Assembly (NCBI RefSeq): GCF_000485595.1
Contig: NW_014577062.1
Coordinates: 184,457 to 204,456, forward strand
DNA from: Priapulus caudatus
Taxonomy: Eukaryota
Direction: 5' to 3'
Length of the DNA: 20,000 nt
The notes under the pieces are model-generated. The model did no database searches. It was not told where the DNA came from and saw nothing but the letters and a program-made list of their open reading frames with translations. Below, piece after piece: positions 9,601 through 19,843 of this stretch. Both the position numbers and the translations under genes were made by a program. Position 1 is the first letter of the stretch. Every line of letters begins with the position of its first letter.

Positions 9601-12600
9601 TATGTGATATTCAGTTTTGAGGTGTTGGACTGAGTTCTCCATAGACTATTACAGTCTCTCGTAACTCTCAACTGTGACCAATACTTTCTGCAGCTACTCT
9701 GCCTTTGGGTCCTGACAGAAAGGAGCTGGAAACAATATTGAGCACCTGGGAAGAAGATAGCATGCGACAAATAAAGAATAAAAGTTTGTACTCTGCAGCT
9801 AGGGCTGGCGACGTAGAAAAAGTGTTGATCTTGTTAGGTAAGAACTTTTTCATGGATGATATAAATTGTCACTAGTAGCAGTTCTTGCATGCATGTTGGC
9901 AAGTGAGGTTGGGATTTCTGCAATCCGAAATGGAATAATTAACGTTTTACTTGGGGAAAAAGTAATTAAACCTATCATCAAAAATCCACACCCAACGTTT
10001 CCTGAGTGAGCCTACTTGATACCTAATCGGAATAGGCACACTGGAATCATGAAAAACTGTCACCTGCCATTCTCCTTAGTTTTATTTATTGATTGATTAT
10101 CTGTGCTGATTTGGTGTTGCTCTCATGGTGCATTTACATGTAGGCTTGGGAATGGATCCAACCACACGCTATGAAGAGGCTAGCAATGGAACGGCCCTAC
10201 ATGTGGCTGCAGAGAAGGGCAATGTTGTTATCACACATCTGCTCATTCAGGTTTGTCACATTTCTCATTGCGAAATGACTTTGTTGCCTCTCGAATAGAT
10301 CCCAGTAGCAAACGTTAACGATTGCATACCTTTTGCTGGGACGAGACAGTCCATTCCACGCTAGTAATTATTATATAAAACAATCTACAAATGAGATTTT
10401 AGTAGGCACAAGTGGTTTTTAAAAGTAACTCGACTGAAAACAAAAAATGTTCAGCAAATTCAGACTGTAAAGGTCGGTGAATGTGTTATAGCTGTTCTCC
10501 TGTTGCAGGCGGGTGCGTGCGTCAACGTTATTGATGATCGGTTAAGAACCCCGTTAATGGATGCAGCGGACAACAATCGTGTCAAAGTTATGAAATACCT
10601 TCTGATGGCCGGCGCTTTCACTGACACAAGGGTGAGACACCAGGCATTTGTTGATCCAGATACTACACGCTCATGTGTGACAGGTCCTCATGTGCGCGCG
10701 AGGTGGTGTTAGCCACGCAATGTTACTCTTACAATTCGACTTGAATGTAATCTAGGCTATCTACCAACAGGGAGAGGATAGCATGACGTGCCTGCATCTC
10801 GCAGCGAAGGCAGGTAACCTCGAGGCTGTTGTATACCTGATAGAGAGCGGTAAGCTGAATGTCAACCTACAGGATGAAGGCGGCTGGACGGCGCTCATCT
10901 GGGCAACAGAGTACAAGCACCTGGAAGTCGTTCGCTACCTTACGAGCCGTGGCGGCAACGCGGCGCTCATCGATGTCGTAAGCAGCACGAGTTTTGTTAC
11001 GATTAGTTGCGTGGTTCTGCGACTGCGGTGTTTCAACGGGGAATGGTCACCATTAGAATTTGGTGATCAGTCAAATGTGCTTGTCGCTTGTCACTACTGT
11101 GATTTATAAGTAACGTATTAGTATTGGTTTGTCATCATTTTTCTTCTTTTCATCGCTTCATTTTTCTTTTTTTCATCACTTTGCCGTTGATCTCTCTGCA
11201 CATCATCGGCACATGACTTTTTCCAATTTCTCAAGTTGTGTATCGTCTATACATGACAGTATTAGTGTCTGGTATGTGTCCATGTCTGTTAGTGTTATGG
11301 TGCCCTATGTATGGCGAATCCTGTTGATTTTGCTGTCTGATGGTATCACCAGTTCTCGAATTATAGGGCGGCTCTGCGGCCATTTGCCGTGATGCCCCAC
11401 TCACTGGCCGTGAAGCCCCTCAAGAAACCATATTGTTTACGGCCACTAGTCGCCGTGACTTTTTTAAGAGATGATTTAATTAAATCAAATCAACATACAT
11501 CTTGTTTTAAATACACCAATCCAATCCAGCAACAGTGGTTTAGGTAGGTGATGGGGAAATTATTTTTGGTGAACCGTGGCCTTGGATTGCCTTTCATATA
11601 ATTCATTTTGGCCTTGGTGCCCCTCTAAGTGGCCTTGATGCCCACAAAAATGTTGAGAGTCAGGGCCAAAGTGGCCTTGCCATAAAACTGATGAAGTTCG
11701 AGGCCTGTGTGAGTGCACCTAACGGTGTGAGGATGTTTGGTGGCATCTGGCAGTGTTGATTTCCAATGGTGAAATGTGTGTTGGCATTTTCAGGAAGAGA
11801 ACACTGCACTCCACTGGTCATCCTTTTCTGGTTGTGCCGAAATTGCTGAGATCTACCTTTCGCAGGGCTGTGATATCAATGGGAAGAACGAACATGGAGA
11901 CACACCACTGTATGTCATAGGATGCGCGTGCAAGTCACATTCAAATTCATATACAGATGGGGTGTGCCTGTGTGCATGTGCAAGTGTGTGCGTGCATGAA
12001 TGTGTGCGGGTGTGCGCCTGTGCGTGTGCGCGTGTGCATATGTATGTGCGTGTGGGTGAACATGGCAGATTTTTATAGGGTCTTGCGGGTTTGGTGCCAG
12101 TGCATTTATCAGACTGATGTTAATGTGTTATCATTTTACTTTGGTAGTGAGTCTGTAATGATGTTTTATGTTGAACGAGTTTTATCGTGATATACGTATC
12201 GTTTCAGCCACATTGCGTCCCGTCAGGACCACTATGACATAGTTGTGCTGCTGCTCTCAAGAGGTGCCAGTGTGCATGAGAAAAACAACCAGGGTGAAGA
12301 ACCGATATCCGTGAGTGATTAGTTTGGCATGGTATCACGTTTCCACATCATCTTGTGATGTGTTGTGTAAAGGATGTCAATCTACCTGATTATAACAAGC
12401 CACTGTCAATAGTCAGGATCTTGTTCAGTTGTTCAATGTTAATAATGTGTTAAAAGCAAAACGATGTGGATGTCGTGATGTAATACATAGATGTGGGTGC
12501 TCACCAGGAGCTAGCATGCTCGCGAAAAACAAGCAGGACAAAGAAGCCATATCCATGAGTGAATAGACTGCCATTGTATCACGTTTCCACATCATCTCAT

Positions 12601-15600
12601 GATGTGTTGTGTATAGGATGTCAATCTGTCTGATTATAACAAGTCGCTGTCAATAGTCAGAATCTTGTTCAATGTTAACAATGAGTTCGAGGCAACGTGA
12701 TGTTTATGCCGGGATGTGATAAATATAGACGTGGTGCTTATCTTGTGTCACCTTTGGCTGTGTGCTTCATCTAGTGCTGCCCTGATCCAGCTTCAAAGGT
12801 GTGGATGGCATTGAGGGTGAATTTGGAATTGTCCAAGACAACTCTACAGCAAGCCCATCCTACAGAAAAAGTCCTGCACAGGTTGGTTGACAAACTCTCT
12901 TGTAGCCAGGGATGCTTGAAAACCCATGTTCGACTGCTAGAAGTAGTTCTGTCTCACATAATCTCAGTCTCAGACTGACATGTCAGTGTATGAACAGTGA
13001 AACGCTGGCTAAACCGTGAAAGGTGCTAGCTTGAAAAATAGTGGAGTTTTCTACTCTCAACATGAGAAACTTATCTCCCCTCAACATGTGAACCAAAACG
13101 TGATCTAATCTACCAACATACGTAATTACCATCTCAATGCCCCGGCAATCTTCTTGTCGCTTTTAAGCTCCTGTGGGCTCAATCATGAAAGCAAGCAGCC
13201 AACTGCCATGTGCATTTACTAATTAATTTAATTCGTATCTGATTCCTGACATATGCGGGTTCCCAGTGTGATGTTTATTGTGACACGTGCCTTTTGTGAT
13301 GCAGGGATGTCTCTCTGGGGAGAGAGAACGTGCCAATCGTATGCTTGAACTGGCATGACGATGAGGGTATACCAGAGGACTACCAGTACGTGACAGAAAA
13401 CGTGGAGACCAGCCAGCTCGTGTCCATCAACAGACTGATCTCGAGTCTGCAGGTAGGTTGCTCAGTCTACTTTGTCGGTGTGCATGCCCGTGCGGCTGCC
13501 TCGCCCAGTTCAACTCCACCTGTCGAGAGCAGTGATTTCAACCTAGGATGGTAGAAAACTGCAGCTAGAATTCAGAGCACCTTTAATGCAGGCCTTTAAT
13601 TTAAATGTCACTGTGTGATCATTTACTTGATCATTGCGTTCCCATTCCACCTATAGACGGTGTCAATCGTCGATGTTGTGCAACTATTTTTGTCTGAATC
13701 GTCCATTGGCTTGGGTTGAGCAGCACCTTTGTGTCTCCCACAGAACTGATGGGTGTAGTAAATGTGACTGTCATGCATCACACTCGTTTTGTACTGCTAG
13801 AGATTAAGTGGAGTTGTGGATGCAGGTTTCTATATAAGCCGTTTAAAAGTTCAATTATAATATCGTGATAATAAAATTCCATGCATTTTCTTACTGTACT
13901 ATGATGTAATTTTCTACCAAGTATGATAAAATAATCTAGATTAATCTAGATTAATCTTAGAACAATCTAGAATTAAGGCATTGTACTTTCTTTGCTGCTA
14001 TACAATGCTCTATTCATAGCAGAAATAATGAAAAGAGATTCAGATAACTGAAGAACCACTGAATTTAAAATCTGCGGAAATTACAATGAGTTAACTTGCG
14101 AGTTTGCATATGGGCTAGTAACGTATTAAAATTAGTTATATATTATTGTCTAGCTGTATAGTTCCTTGTTAGAAATGTTGAGCAGATCTAGCAATGAAAT
14201 ATCACATTCGAAGTACCAACGTCGATTCTGTGCTTTTTACTTTACAGCACTGTCAGTGTCGCGACAACTGTGGGTCCACCAGCTGCACATGCACAATAAA
14301 CAGTGTCAGGCTGTGGTATGATGCGGTGAGTGAAGGCATGCCAGTGTCGTCATTGTTTAGCGTTATGAAATGCCGCTTTGACGTGAGAACAATTTCGCGT
14401 GATTGCAAAGAACGTGGGTAACGTTAGCTTTGTATGACTCCGGTTCAGTGCAGTGATTTGTGGTGTATTTAATGGATGTACTTTGAGCTTTATGTTTTGT
14501 TTAGTGAAAATTGTGTGCATAGAATGGTGTCACTTTGCATAAATTGTGTGCAGAAGTACCTGCATAGTGGTTTGTAGTGTTATTTACAGGAAAGAAGATG
14601 CAACCAGCGTCAGCTGTTCATAGTATCTGTCGTTGTTATAATGATGAATAACTGGCTAATTTTTTCTCCAGCAAGGCAAGCTGGTTGAAGATTTCAACAT
14701 GCACGATCCGCCAATACTGTTTGAGTGCAACAAGGCCTGCCGGTGCTGGCGCAAGTGCAGCAATCGAATTGTGCAGGATGGGATAAAGTAAGTACTGTTG
14801 CTGTGGCTTGTGAGTGTGGCCTCGTGCACCTGTCGAAAAGACGCTGTTCAAGTGGAATATATTGTTCAATATACTAACACAAGAAAACTACTGAATGTCT
14901 TTACAACGATTTTCTCTTTATTCCTATAAGACACGTCCAAACATGCTAACAGCTCAAGCCTCAATTTCACACCTAGACTCAGGTGTGGACTGCCATCCCG
15001 TGTATATCTGCTCACGTGACCAATTAGCTTCTCTTCTCGTAGCTGGCTACTGGTGCATAGTACTGCATGGTATATGATGTACTCAGTATACGTTATTACG
15101 AGATGGAATCCTTAACATATGTTATGATATAGCAGATCTAGCAGATGTAGCAGCTCGGCTATATGTAGTAGAACATTTAGCATATGTATCAGTAGTTTTG
15201 CTTCAATCTGATTTAAGTAGAGTGAGCAAAGTAGTGTGAGGTGAAGCTCTGTTTTCATGCCGCATCGGTGTAACGAATGTAGCGGTAGCTCGGCATGGAG
15301 TGGAAAACTAATCGGTGCAAACTGCCTAATACAGGCAGGAGCGATTGCATCTGAGACAGCAGTGTGTCTGTGTGCCTTGCATGTCCATTATCTGCGAGTT
15401 TAATTTCACCGCGGCTTCCCTTGTTCACGGTTTCATTAAAACGGTGCCACTGCCATGTCTCGGCAGCATTTGCATTCAGTGCACGAGGTCACTACACCAG
15501 TGTACACGGCTTAAAAATCTTCTCTCCATCAGAATCGTAGGTCGCTGCACATTGATCAAGTTTTACATCGTCCCTGCTAAAGCTTCTCAGCTCAGCTTTC

Positions 15601-16660
15601 ATTTGTTCAGCTGCCAGCCAGAGTACGCTCACAGACGGATGGCGAGTTTTGTGAATCTGCGGTTGATCTCGGGACCCATATTCAGCAGTTATATATATAT
15701 ATACATATATATATATATGCTCTTAGTTTCTGATTGTTACTGCGGATTAACTTTCCTGTCAGAATACCCGAATGCATGTTTAGCATTGAGTGATTGCTGG
15801 CTGTGCTGAGTAGTGGGTTCGTCTATCTCACCGTTTGTTGCCTAATATTGTGTAAGTTCATGAGGTCTCGAAGAAGCTGATATCATCCTCAAATGAGCAC
15901 GCAGCGTTGTTAGCCATATGTGGCCAGGGCGTAGTAGTCAATGTCAATATACAAAACAAACCACACTATGTTCACAGCTGGCGTATTTAAGCTGAAAGTT
16001 ACATATTGCTTTAATCCCCTGCTGTTCTTTAGCTCTCGAACACTCAAAGATCACATTAATATACGACTTGTTAAGGAGTAATGGATGCATGATTATTTGC
16101 GTTTGCGGTATATGTCTGTTCAAACAATGACACGCTCTTCTGCCAGTCTACACTAAAAGGTAGATGTAGACAGGGACTGTTGAATTGTGTAAAAGCAAGC
16201 TTGCTACCTCTGATTTTTTACCTCCTAGTTTCCCTTCCTCTGGTCTACTCCTCTAGTTTTTCCTCTTTTTCCTGTTTCTTACTTTGATCTTCAGCCCTGC
16301 CAGCCAGCCAGATGGCAAGGTGCTTCACTGTGCTCTTTGCCCTTGTAGAAGAAAAACCTAATTAGGTGGATGCCACAGGATGCAATCAAAATGGCAGCAT
16401 CTCGAATGCCGTTGCATAAGGTCGTAGATTCCGACCAGGTAATCACTTAGCTTAGTCTGCTATGCAGCTGTATGTTGTCACTGGTTCTCACTGGGGTACC
16501 TTCGTAGAAGCAATAATGACTGCCGTCTATGATTTGTAATCAGTAACAGATGGACATGTGTATCTCTCACCAGGGTGCGCCTGCAGTTGTTCCGGACACC
16601 CGGGAAAGGCTGGGGAGTGCGACCGCTACAGAACGTCTCGAAAGGAACCTTCATATGCGA
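3705..16660 (+). CDS. EHMT1: Histone-lysine N-methyltransferase EHMT1/EHMT2 (GLP/G9a) ortholog, 19 coding exons, 3'-incomplete (rest of SET/post-SET not in window)
   Basis: Manual splice reconstruction: 3705-4838, 5380-5494, 5946-6017, 6437-6564, 6852-6968, 7357-7500, 8473-8654, 9094-9200, 9694-9837, 10144-10250, 10509-10631, 10771-10977, 11794-11909, 12208-12310, 12775-12881, 13305-13452, 14248-14325, 14672-14787, 16574-16660. All introns are GT-AG, phases are compatible and there are no stops. Domain order Cys-rich ([19 protein letters not shown]), ankyrins, pre-SET, SET (GWGVR..KGTFICE) is diagnostic of G9a/GLP. EHMT1 vs EHMT2 cannot be resolved, and invertebrates usually have one co-ortholog. 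Confidence 0.95.
4863..5213. mobile_element. Non-autonomous DNA transposon, TIR CAGGG..GAAATTAAC, imperfect 6-bp TSD
   Basis: CAGGGTGCGAAATTAAC vs reverse complement CAGGGGTAGAAATTAAC; flanks GTGCAC/GAGCAC; internal GGGAGTC/GACTCCC repeats. Confidence 0.8.
5380..5494 (+). CDS. EHMT1: EHMT exon (EEANQDDY...NISDK)
   Basis: ttgttatAG acceptor, G|GTATAA donor, phase 0->1, open acidic frame. Confidence 0.75.
5946..6017 (+). CDS. EHMT1: EHMT exon ([23 protein letters not shown])
   Basis: ttcatAG acceptor, G|GTGAGT donor, phase 1->1 (72 nt, symmetric). Confidence 0.7.
6437..6564 (+). CDS. EHMT1: EHMT exon (DGEESLSG...TDKLQ)
   Basis: ttggcAG acceptor, CAG|GTAATG donor, phase 1->0. Confidence 0.8.
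6650..6688. repeat. (TA)n microsatellite
   Basis: Direct reading. Confidence 0.97.
6852..6968 (+). CDS. EHMT1: EHMT exon, start of Cys-rich region (PLCHCR...[11 protein letters not shown])
   Basis: Resembles G9a/GLP PLCSCR...KCMA segment; AG acceptor, GTAGGT donor, phase 0->0. Confidence 0.9.
7357..7500 (+). CDS. EHMT1: EHMT exon, Cys-rich region ([23 protein letters not shown])
   Basis: Typical G9a/GLP HxCCPxCGxxC motif; ttacAG / CAG|GTATGC. Confidence 0.95.
7604..8277. mobile_element. Tc1/mariner-pogo (Tigger-like) MITE with TA TSD
   Basis: TA|CAGTAAAACTGGCATAAG ... CTTATGCGAGTTTTACTG|TA; multiple subterminal (GA)CGACTT repeats. Confidence 0.85.
8473..8654 (+). CDS. EHMT1: EHMT exon, Cys-rich region (GDFIKC..HMFHKDC..CPHCG)
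   Basis: G9a/GLP HxFHKxC...CPHCG motif; phase 0->2. Confidence 0.93.
9094..9200 (+). CDS. EHMT1: EHMT exon, linker (PHAQMTF...SGKTFSA)
   Basis: Strong polypyrimidine acceptor, phase 2->1 bridges the neighbouring exons. Confidence 0.85.
9694..9837 (+). CDS. EHMT1: EHMT exon ([11 protein letters not shown]...[17 protein letters not shown]), start of ankyrin region
   Basis: Resembles the G9a LPLGPGREALE segment; G|GTAAGA donor. Confidence 0.93.
10144..10250 (+). CDS. EHMT1: EHMT exon, ankyrin repeat ([10 protein letters not shown])
   Basis: Ankyrin consensus; phase 1->0. Confidence 0.93.
10509..10631 (+). CDS. EHMT1: EHMT exon, ankyrin repeat ([11 protein letters not shown])
   Basis: Ankyrin consensus; phase 0->0. 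Confidence 0.95.
10771..10977 (+). CDS. EHMT1: EHMT exon, ankyrin repeats ([26 protein letters not shown])
   Basis: G9a/GLP signature GGWTxxIWAxE; phase 0->0. Confidence 0.96.
11350..11707. mobile_element. Degenerate CAG-terminated MITE
   Basis: CAGTTCTCGAATT vs reverse complement CAGGCCTCGAACT; internal GGCCGTG/GGCCTTG..GCCCC repeats; no clear TSD. Confidence 0.5.
11794..11909 (+). CDS. EHMT1: EHMT exon, ankyrin repeat ([13 protein letters not shown]...HGDTPL)
   Basis: G9a/GLP signature EENxxLHW; phase 0->2. Confidence 0.96.
12208..12310 (+). CDS. EHMT1: EHMT exon, ankyrin repeat ([20 protein letters not shown])
   Basis: Completes TPL|HIA; TCC|GTGAGT donor; phase 2->0. Confidence 0.94.
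12255..12740 (+). repeat. Diverged tandem duplication, period ~244 bp, including an exon 3' end
   Basis: Shared blocks such as GTATCACGTTTCCACATCATCT, GGATGTCAATCT, TGATTATAACAAG and CTGTCAATAGTCAG occur twice ~244 bp apart. Confidence 0.92.
12775..12881 (+). CDS. EHMT1: EHMT exon, ankyrin/pre-SET linker ([10 protein letters not shown]...TEKVLHR)
   Basis: Resembles G9a/GLP VWxALxxN...TEK; phase 0->2. Confidence 0.92.
12907..13173. mobile_element. Possible degenerate CAGG-terminated MITE
   Basis: CAGGGATGCTTGAAAAC vs reverse complement CAGGAGCTTAAAAGC; TSD unconvincing. Confidence 0.3.
13305..13452 (+). CDS. EHMT1: EHMT exon, pre-SET N-terminal part ([15 protein letters not shown]...YQYVTEN)
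   Basis: DVxxGxExxPI pre-SET motif; phase 2->0. Confidence 0.96.
14248..14325 (+). CDS. EHMT1: EHMT exon, pre-SET Cys cluster ([18 protein letters not shown])
   Basis: First five pre-SET cysteines; strong acceptor and GTGAGT donor. Confidence 0.96.
14672..14787 (+). CDS. EHMT1: EHMT exon, pre-SET ([25 protein letters not shown])
   Basis: ECNxxCxCxxxCxNRxVQxG motif; GTAAGT donor. Confidence 0.97.
15260..15690 (-). mobile_element. Possible decayed 3' end of an RTE-clade LINE
   Basis: Frameshifted minus-strand peptides [13 protein letters not shown]...VNKG..EIKL and CLRCNRSC...FHS resemble RTE ORF C-termini with a terminal zinc finger; recognised from memory. Confidence 0.33.
16180..16555 (-). 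mobile_element. Possible second decayed RTE-like LINE tail
   Basis: Minus-strand fragments HVH..., GRNLR, ASCGI, EEKLEE*.. occur in the order expected for an RTE C-terminus; heavily frameshifted. Confidence 0.25.
16574..16660 (+). CDS. EHMT1: EHMT exon, SET domain start ([29 protein letters not shown])
   Basis: SET motif I GWG and GTFICE; phase 2->2; GTAAGT donor. Confidence 0.97.
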
Positions 16661-16723
16661 GTAAGTGCTGTTGCCTGAGGTCTAACCTCACCCGTGTGTT
16701 CTGTTCATCATCATGCATGCACT

Positions 16724-16725
16724 CA

Positions 16726-16756
<31 letters not shown>

Positions 16757-16768
16757 GCACACACACAC
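16724..16768. repeat. (GCAC)n/(CA)n microsatellite
   Basis: Direct reading. Confidence 0.93.
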
Positions 16769-18047
16769 ATACAGTTAATGTCGGACAGAAAATGTTATAA
16801 TAGCTGTTGACATTTATCTGGAAATATTTTTCATACTGCCTTGATATATATATATGATGAAGTAGGCTGGAGTGGTAGGAAGTAGGATGGGGTGAAGTGG
16901 TCTGTGATGATGGTGTGGGTTGGGAAGGAGTTATGGGTGGTAGGATGGTAAATTGGGGTGGAGATGTGTGTGGTGGGAGCGTATTGGCTTAGATTGTTTC
17001 GTGTGAGTTTAAGGGGGCGGGGATGTACGTGACATGCATGGGTTTTTCACACCTGCCTAAGAAGTAAACACATTTCACGCAATAATTGCCCGAACATAAT
17101 TCTAGTTCAAGCTGACGCTGGACTGTACATTTCTTCTGGGACGTACGACAAGCGCAAACCAAATAGGAAATTGTTGAGCTTAAATTCAATTACTATTTCT
17201 TAGGAAACAGTAATTATCGTGGCGCTTGTGTAACAGGGGCGGTCTCGGACACTGCGGTGGGGATGGTGGTGGGGAGAAGGCACGAGAGATAGCGAGGATA
17301 TGAAGAGGGAATTAGCCGGGATCGTTGTTGTACTCGGATGTCGGCCGTCAGTGCTTCCTGCAGTGCTGGTGCACTCCATGGTCATGCGAGTGTCTACATG
17401 CGGCTCGTGCGTGTGTGTTTTTGGCGGGGGGGGGGGGCCTTCACCCGTAGGCGACCTGTCGCTCTCAGACGGCTCCTGCGACGGAAGTGCTCTAACTTCT
17501 AAGCAGAGATATTGAGTTTGACTAAGGAAATCTTAAAAGCTTCCCATTTACATTCTGCGATCTGGCTTTGATATTTTTTCTCGTCTCACTTTTTTTTACC
17601 TCCGTGTCGAAATGCGAAGTGCGACCGTCGCCATATTGGTTGCGTCGACTGCGAATCGTGCTGTGTGCTGAAGGATTCGACAACGAGGCAGGGGGAGCAG
17701 GCGCTCATCTAGCAGTTTTGTATTGGAAGCGTTTTAGTTTTCTATGTATGACTTACATGGGTGGGAAAATATCAACTTTCTTCCATCACGTCGAGTATAT
17801 ATGGCCAGGAAGGAAGTGCAAAGACTTGTGGAGCTCACTTTACGCCAATGCTTTTCCACTCGATTGCTGTTTCAATAAGCTAGATAGGTGGTGGTGGATG
17901 AAATGATTTTGGGGTGATAACTGCCTCTGAAAATATGCCGAGGTTAAAATTACACATCTTTATCTGTTATGTAATATCATAAATGAATTTTTGGGAATTT
18001 TCATAAAAGTAAAAAGTAAAAGTAGTTGATTATGTACACTCGATTAA

Positions 18048-18529
18048 AGCCGCACAATGCGCATCCAAACGCTAATTTCTCCAGTACTAGACTAGCAAAT
18101 ACTTCGTGTCATGCATAATCACACTACCTTATGACAAAATAAACTCTAGTTGCTCCCATTTCACTGCGCGTTTGCTTAAAACCCACAAGAAAGAGGTGAG
18201 GAAACTGGCGCAAACGCCGACTGTTTGCAAACAAAATAGATTCGAAGTGGTGACGTGACGTCACATGTTTTTATCTTTGCTACATCACCGTGCGCGTAAT
18301 CCGAGCAACGCGGACGGCGTTGTGGGATTGGGGAAACTTGTCCAACAGATCGGCAGAATTTGAACCTAACTTGAGGTATTCTTCTAATATACCTTTTATA
18401 AGACAACGCGCAGTGAAATGGGAGGAACTAGAGTTTATTTTGTCATAAGGTAGTGTGATTATGCATGCCACGAAGTATTTGCTAGTCTAGTACTGGAGAA
18501 ATTAGCGTTTGGATGCGCATTGTGAGCCT
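18048..18529. mobile_element. Kolobok/T2-like MITE with 125-bp TIRs and TTAA TSD
   Basis: TTAA at 18044-18047 and 18530-18533; arms 18048-18172 and 18405-18529 differ at about 4 positions by my count; termini AG...CT. Confidence 0.92.
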
Positions 18530-19514
18530 TTAAGTGTAATAACTTATAATGTAATATTGGTGCACTGATATCATGTATACGTACAAGGTTGCACAAAGAT
18601 GCACATAAAAGATACGTGCAGGTACGTAGACCCACAAGCATGCACGCAGGCAGGCAGACATGAAGACATGCACGTGGATAGGTATAAATACAAGCATGCG
18701 TGCAGAGAGGCAGCCATGCATTCACTTGAGCAGACTATATACTATATAGAGCAAAACGAAAATAGACGGAAAGAGGAGCTGTTTGGAAAAACACATTCTT
18801 TTATCATGTTACCAAGACATATTGTTGAATATTACAATTGGGATTGTAATTGCTGATATATTCGTTAATTTTTGTCACTATACACTATATACTATGCACA
18901 CACGTGTGCACAAATATTGGACGGGTAATAGTAGAACTGATATTTTAGTTTAAACCTGTAAATCGGTACATACACCCTTATGCACGCACGAGCGCACACA
19001 CACACGTACATACGTGGATGCCCACAAGCACGTGCGCACGTATGCGCGCACACACGCACGCACATATACACGCACACATGCGTGCATCCATGGAAAGTGC
19101 TGATTCTAGCACGTAGCGTCAGCAAACGTTTCTGATCCGCTGGTGAGAGGAGAGGCGTGACAGAAAATGTTTTCTGATAATATGCAGTGGCGGCTGCCAC
19201 TTCTTAATGCGGTCGATAATACTCATCCATTTTCTACTACTTGCATCGATATAGGAATAATCGCATGAATACAGAAATATATTCATGATTCACGGATGGA
19301 CATGGTGAGTTTTCTGCCTCCCCCCCCCCCACTGCGCTGCACGTCACAGTGAGTGCGTGTTGGCTTCTCACGTGAGTTGCGCTATGCTGTCATGTTTGCT
19401 AAAGCAGATCATATATGTTCCCGAGCGTCGAAGGACGCCAGAGTTTCGTTACGAAATCTTTCTCCGAATTCAGACAGCGATCCGTCTACGTTTAATTGCA
19501 ACCTGACTGAAAAC

Positions 19515-19516
<2 letters not shown>

Positions 19517-19558
<42 letters not shown>

Positions 19559-19588
19559 TGAGATGAGTGTGTGTGTGAGAGAGAGAGA
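19517..19588. repeat. (GA)n compound microsatellite
   Basis: Direct reading. Confidence 0.95.
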
Positions 19589-19843
19589 ATAAGATATCAC
19601 CGTGTAGAATCACTGTACGAGTGCTATGCAGCTGTCGGCTCTGCTGAGGAGAGGGTGACCTTAGCTTGAGAGGGTGACCTTAGCGTCTGTCTGTCCATGT
19701 ATCGCACACGCACAGTTGCGGAAAATGATAGTTGTCCGTGACGGGCGCGTGTTAGACGTGTTGTCGCGCCTGTTGGATTAGTGGTGCGAGAAAAGAAGCA
19801 CACGAATGTACACGAGCTCTTCTATTTCAGTCAGGCAGGTAGA

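Noticed and set aside
11960..12060. Cys/Val-rich ORF extensions
   Set aside because: Degenerate (GT/GC)n intronic microsatellite
14311..14313. Leu in place of the Cys of the G9a RCWYD motif as loss of a zinc ligand
   Set aside because: The nine canonical pre-SET cysteines (5+4) are all present, and this position is not one of them
15345..15809. 154-aa + strand ORF
   Set aside because: Non-ATG start, runs through a TA microsatellite, intronic, no domain
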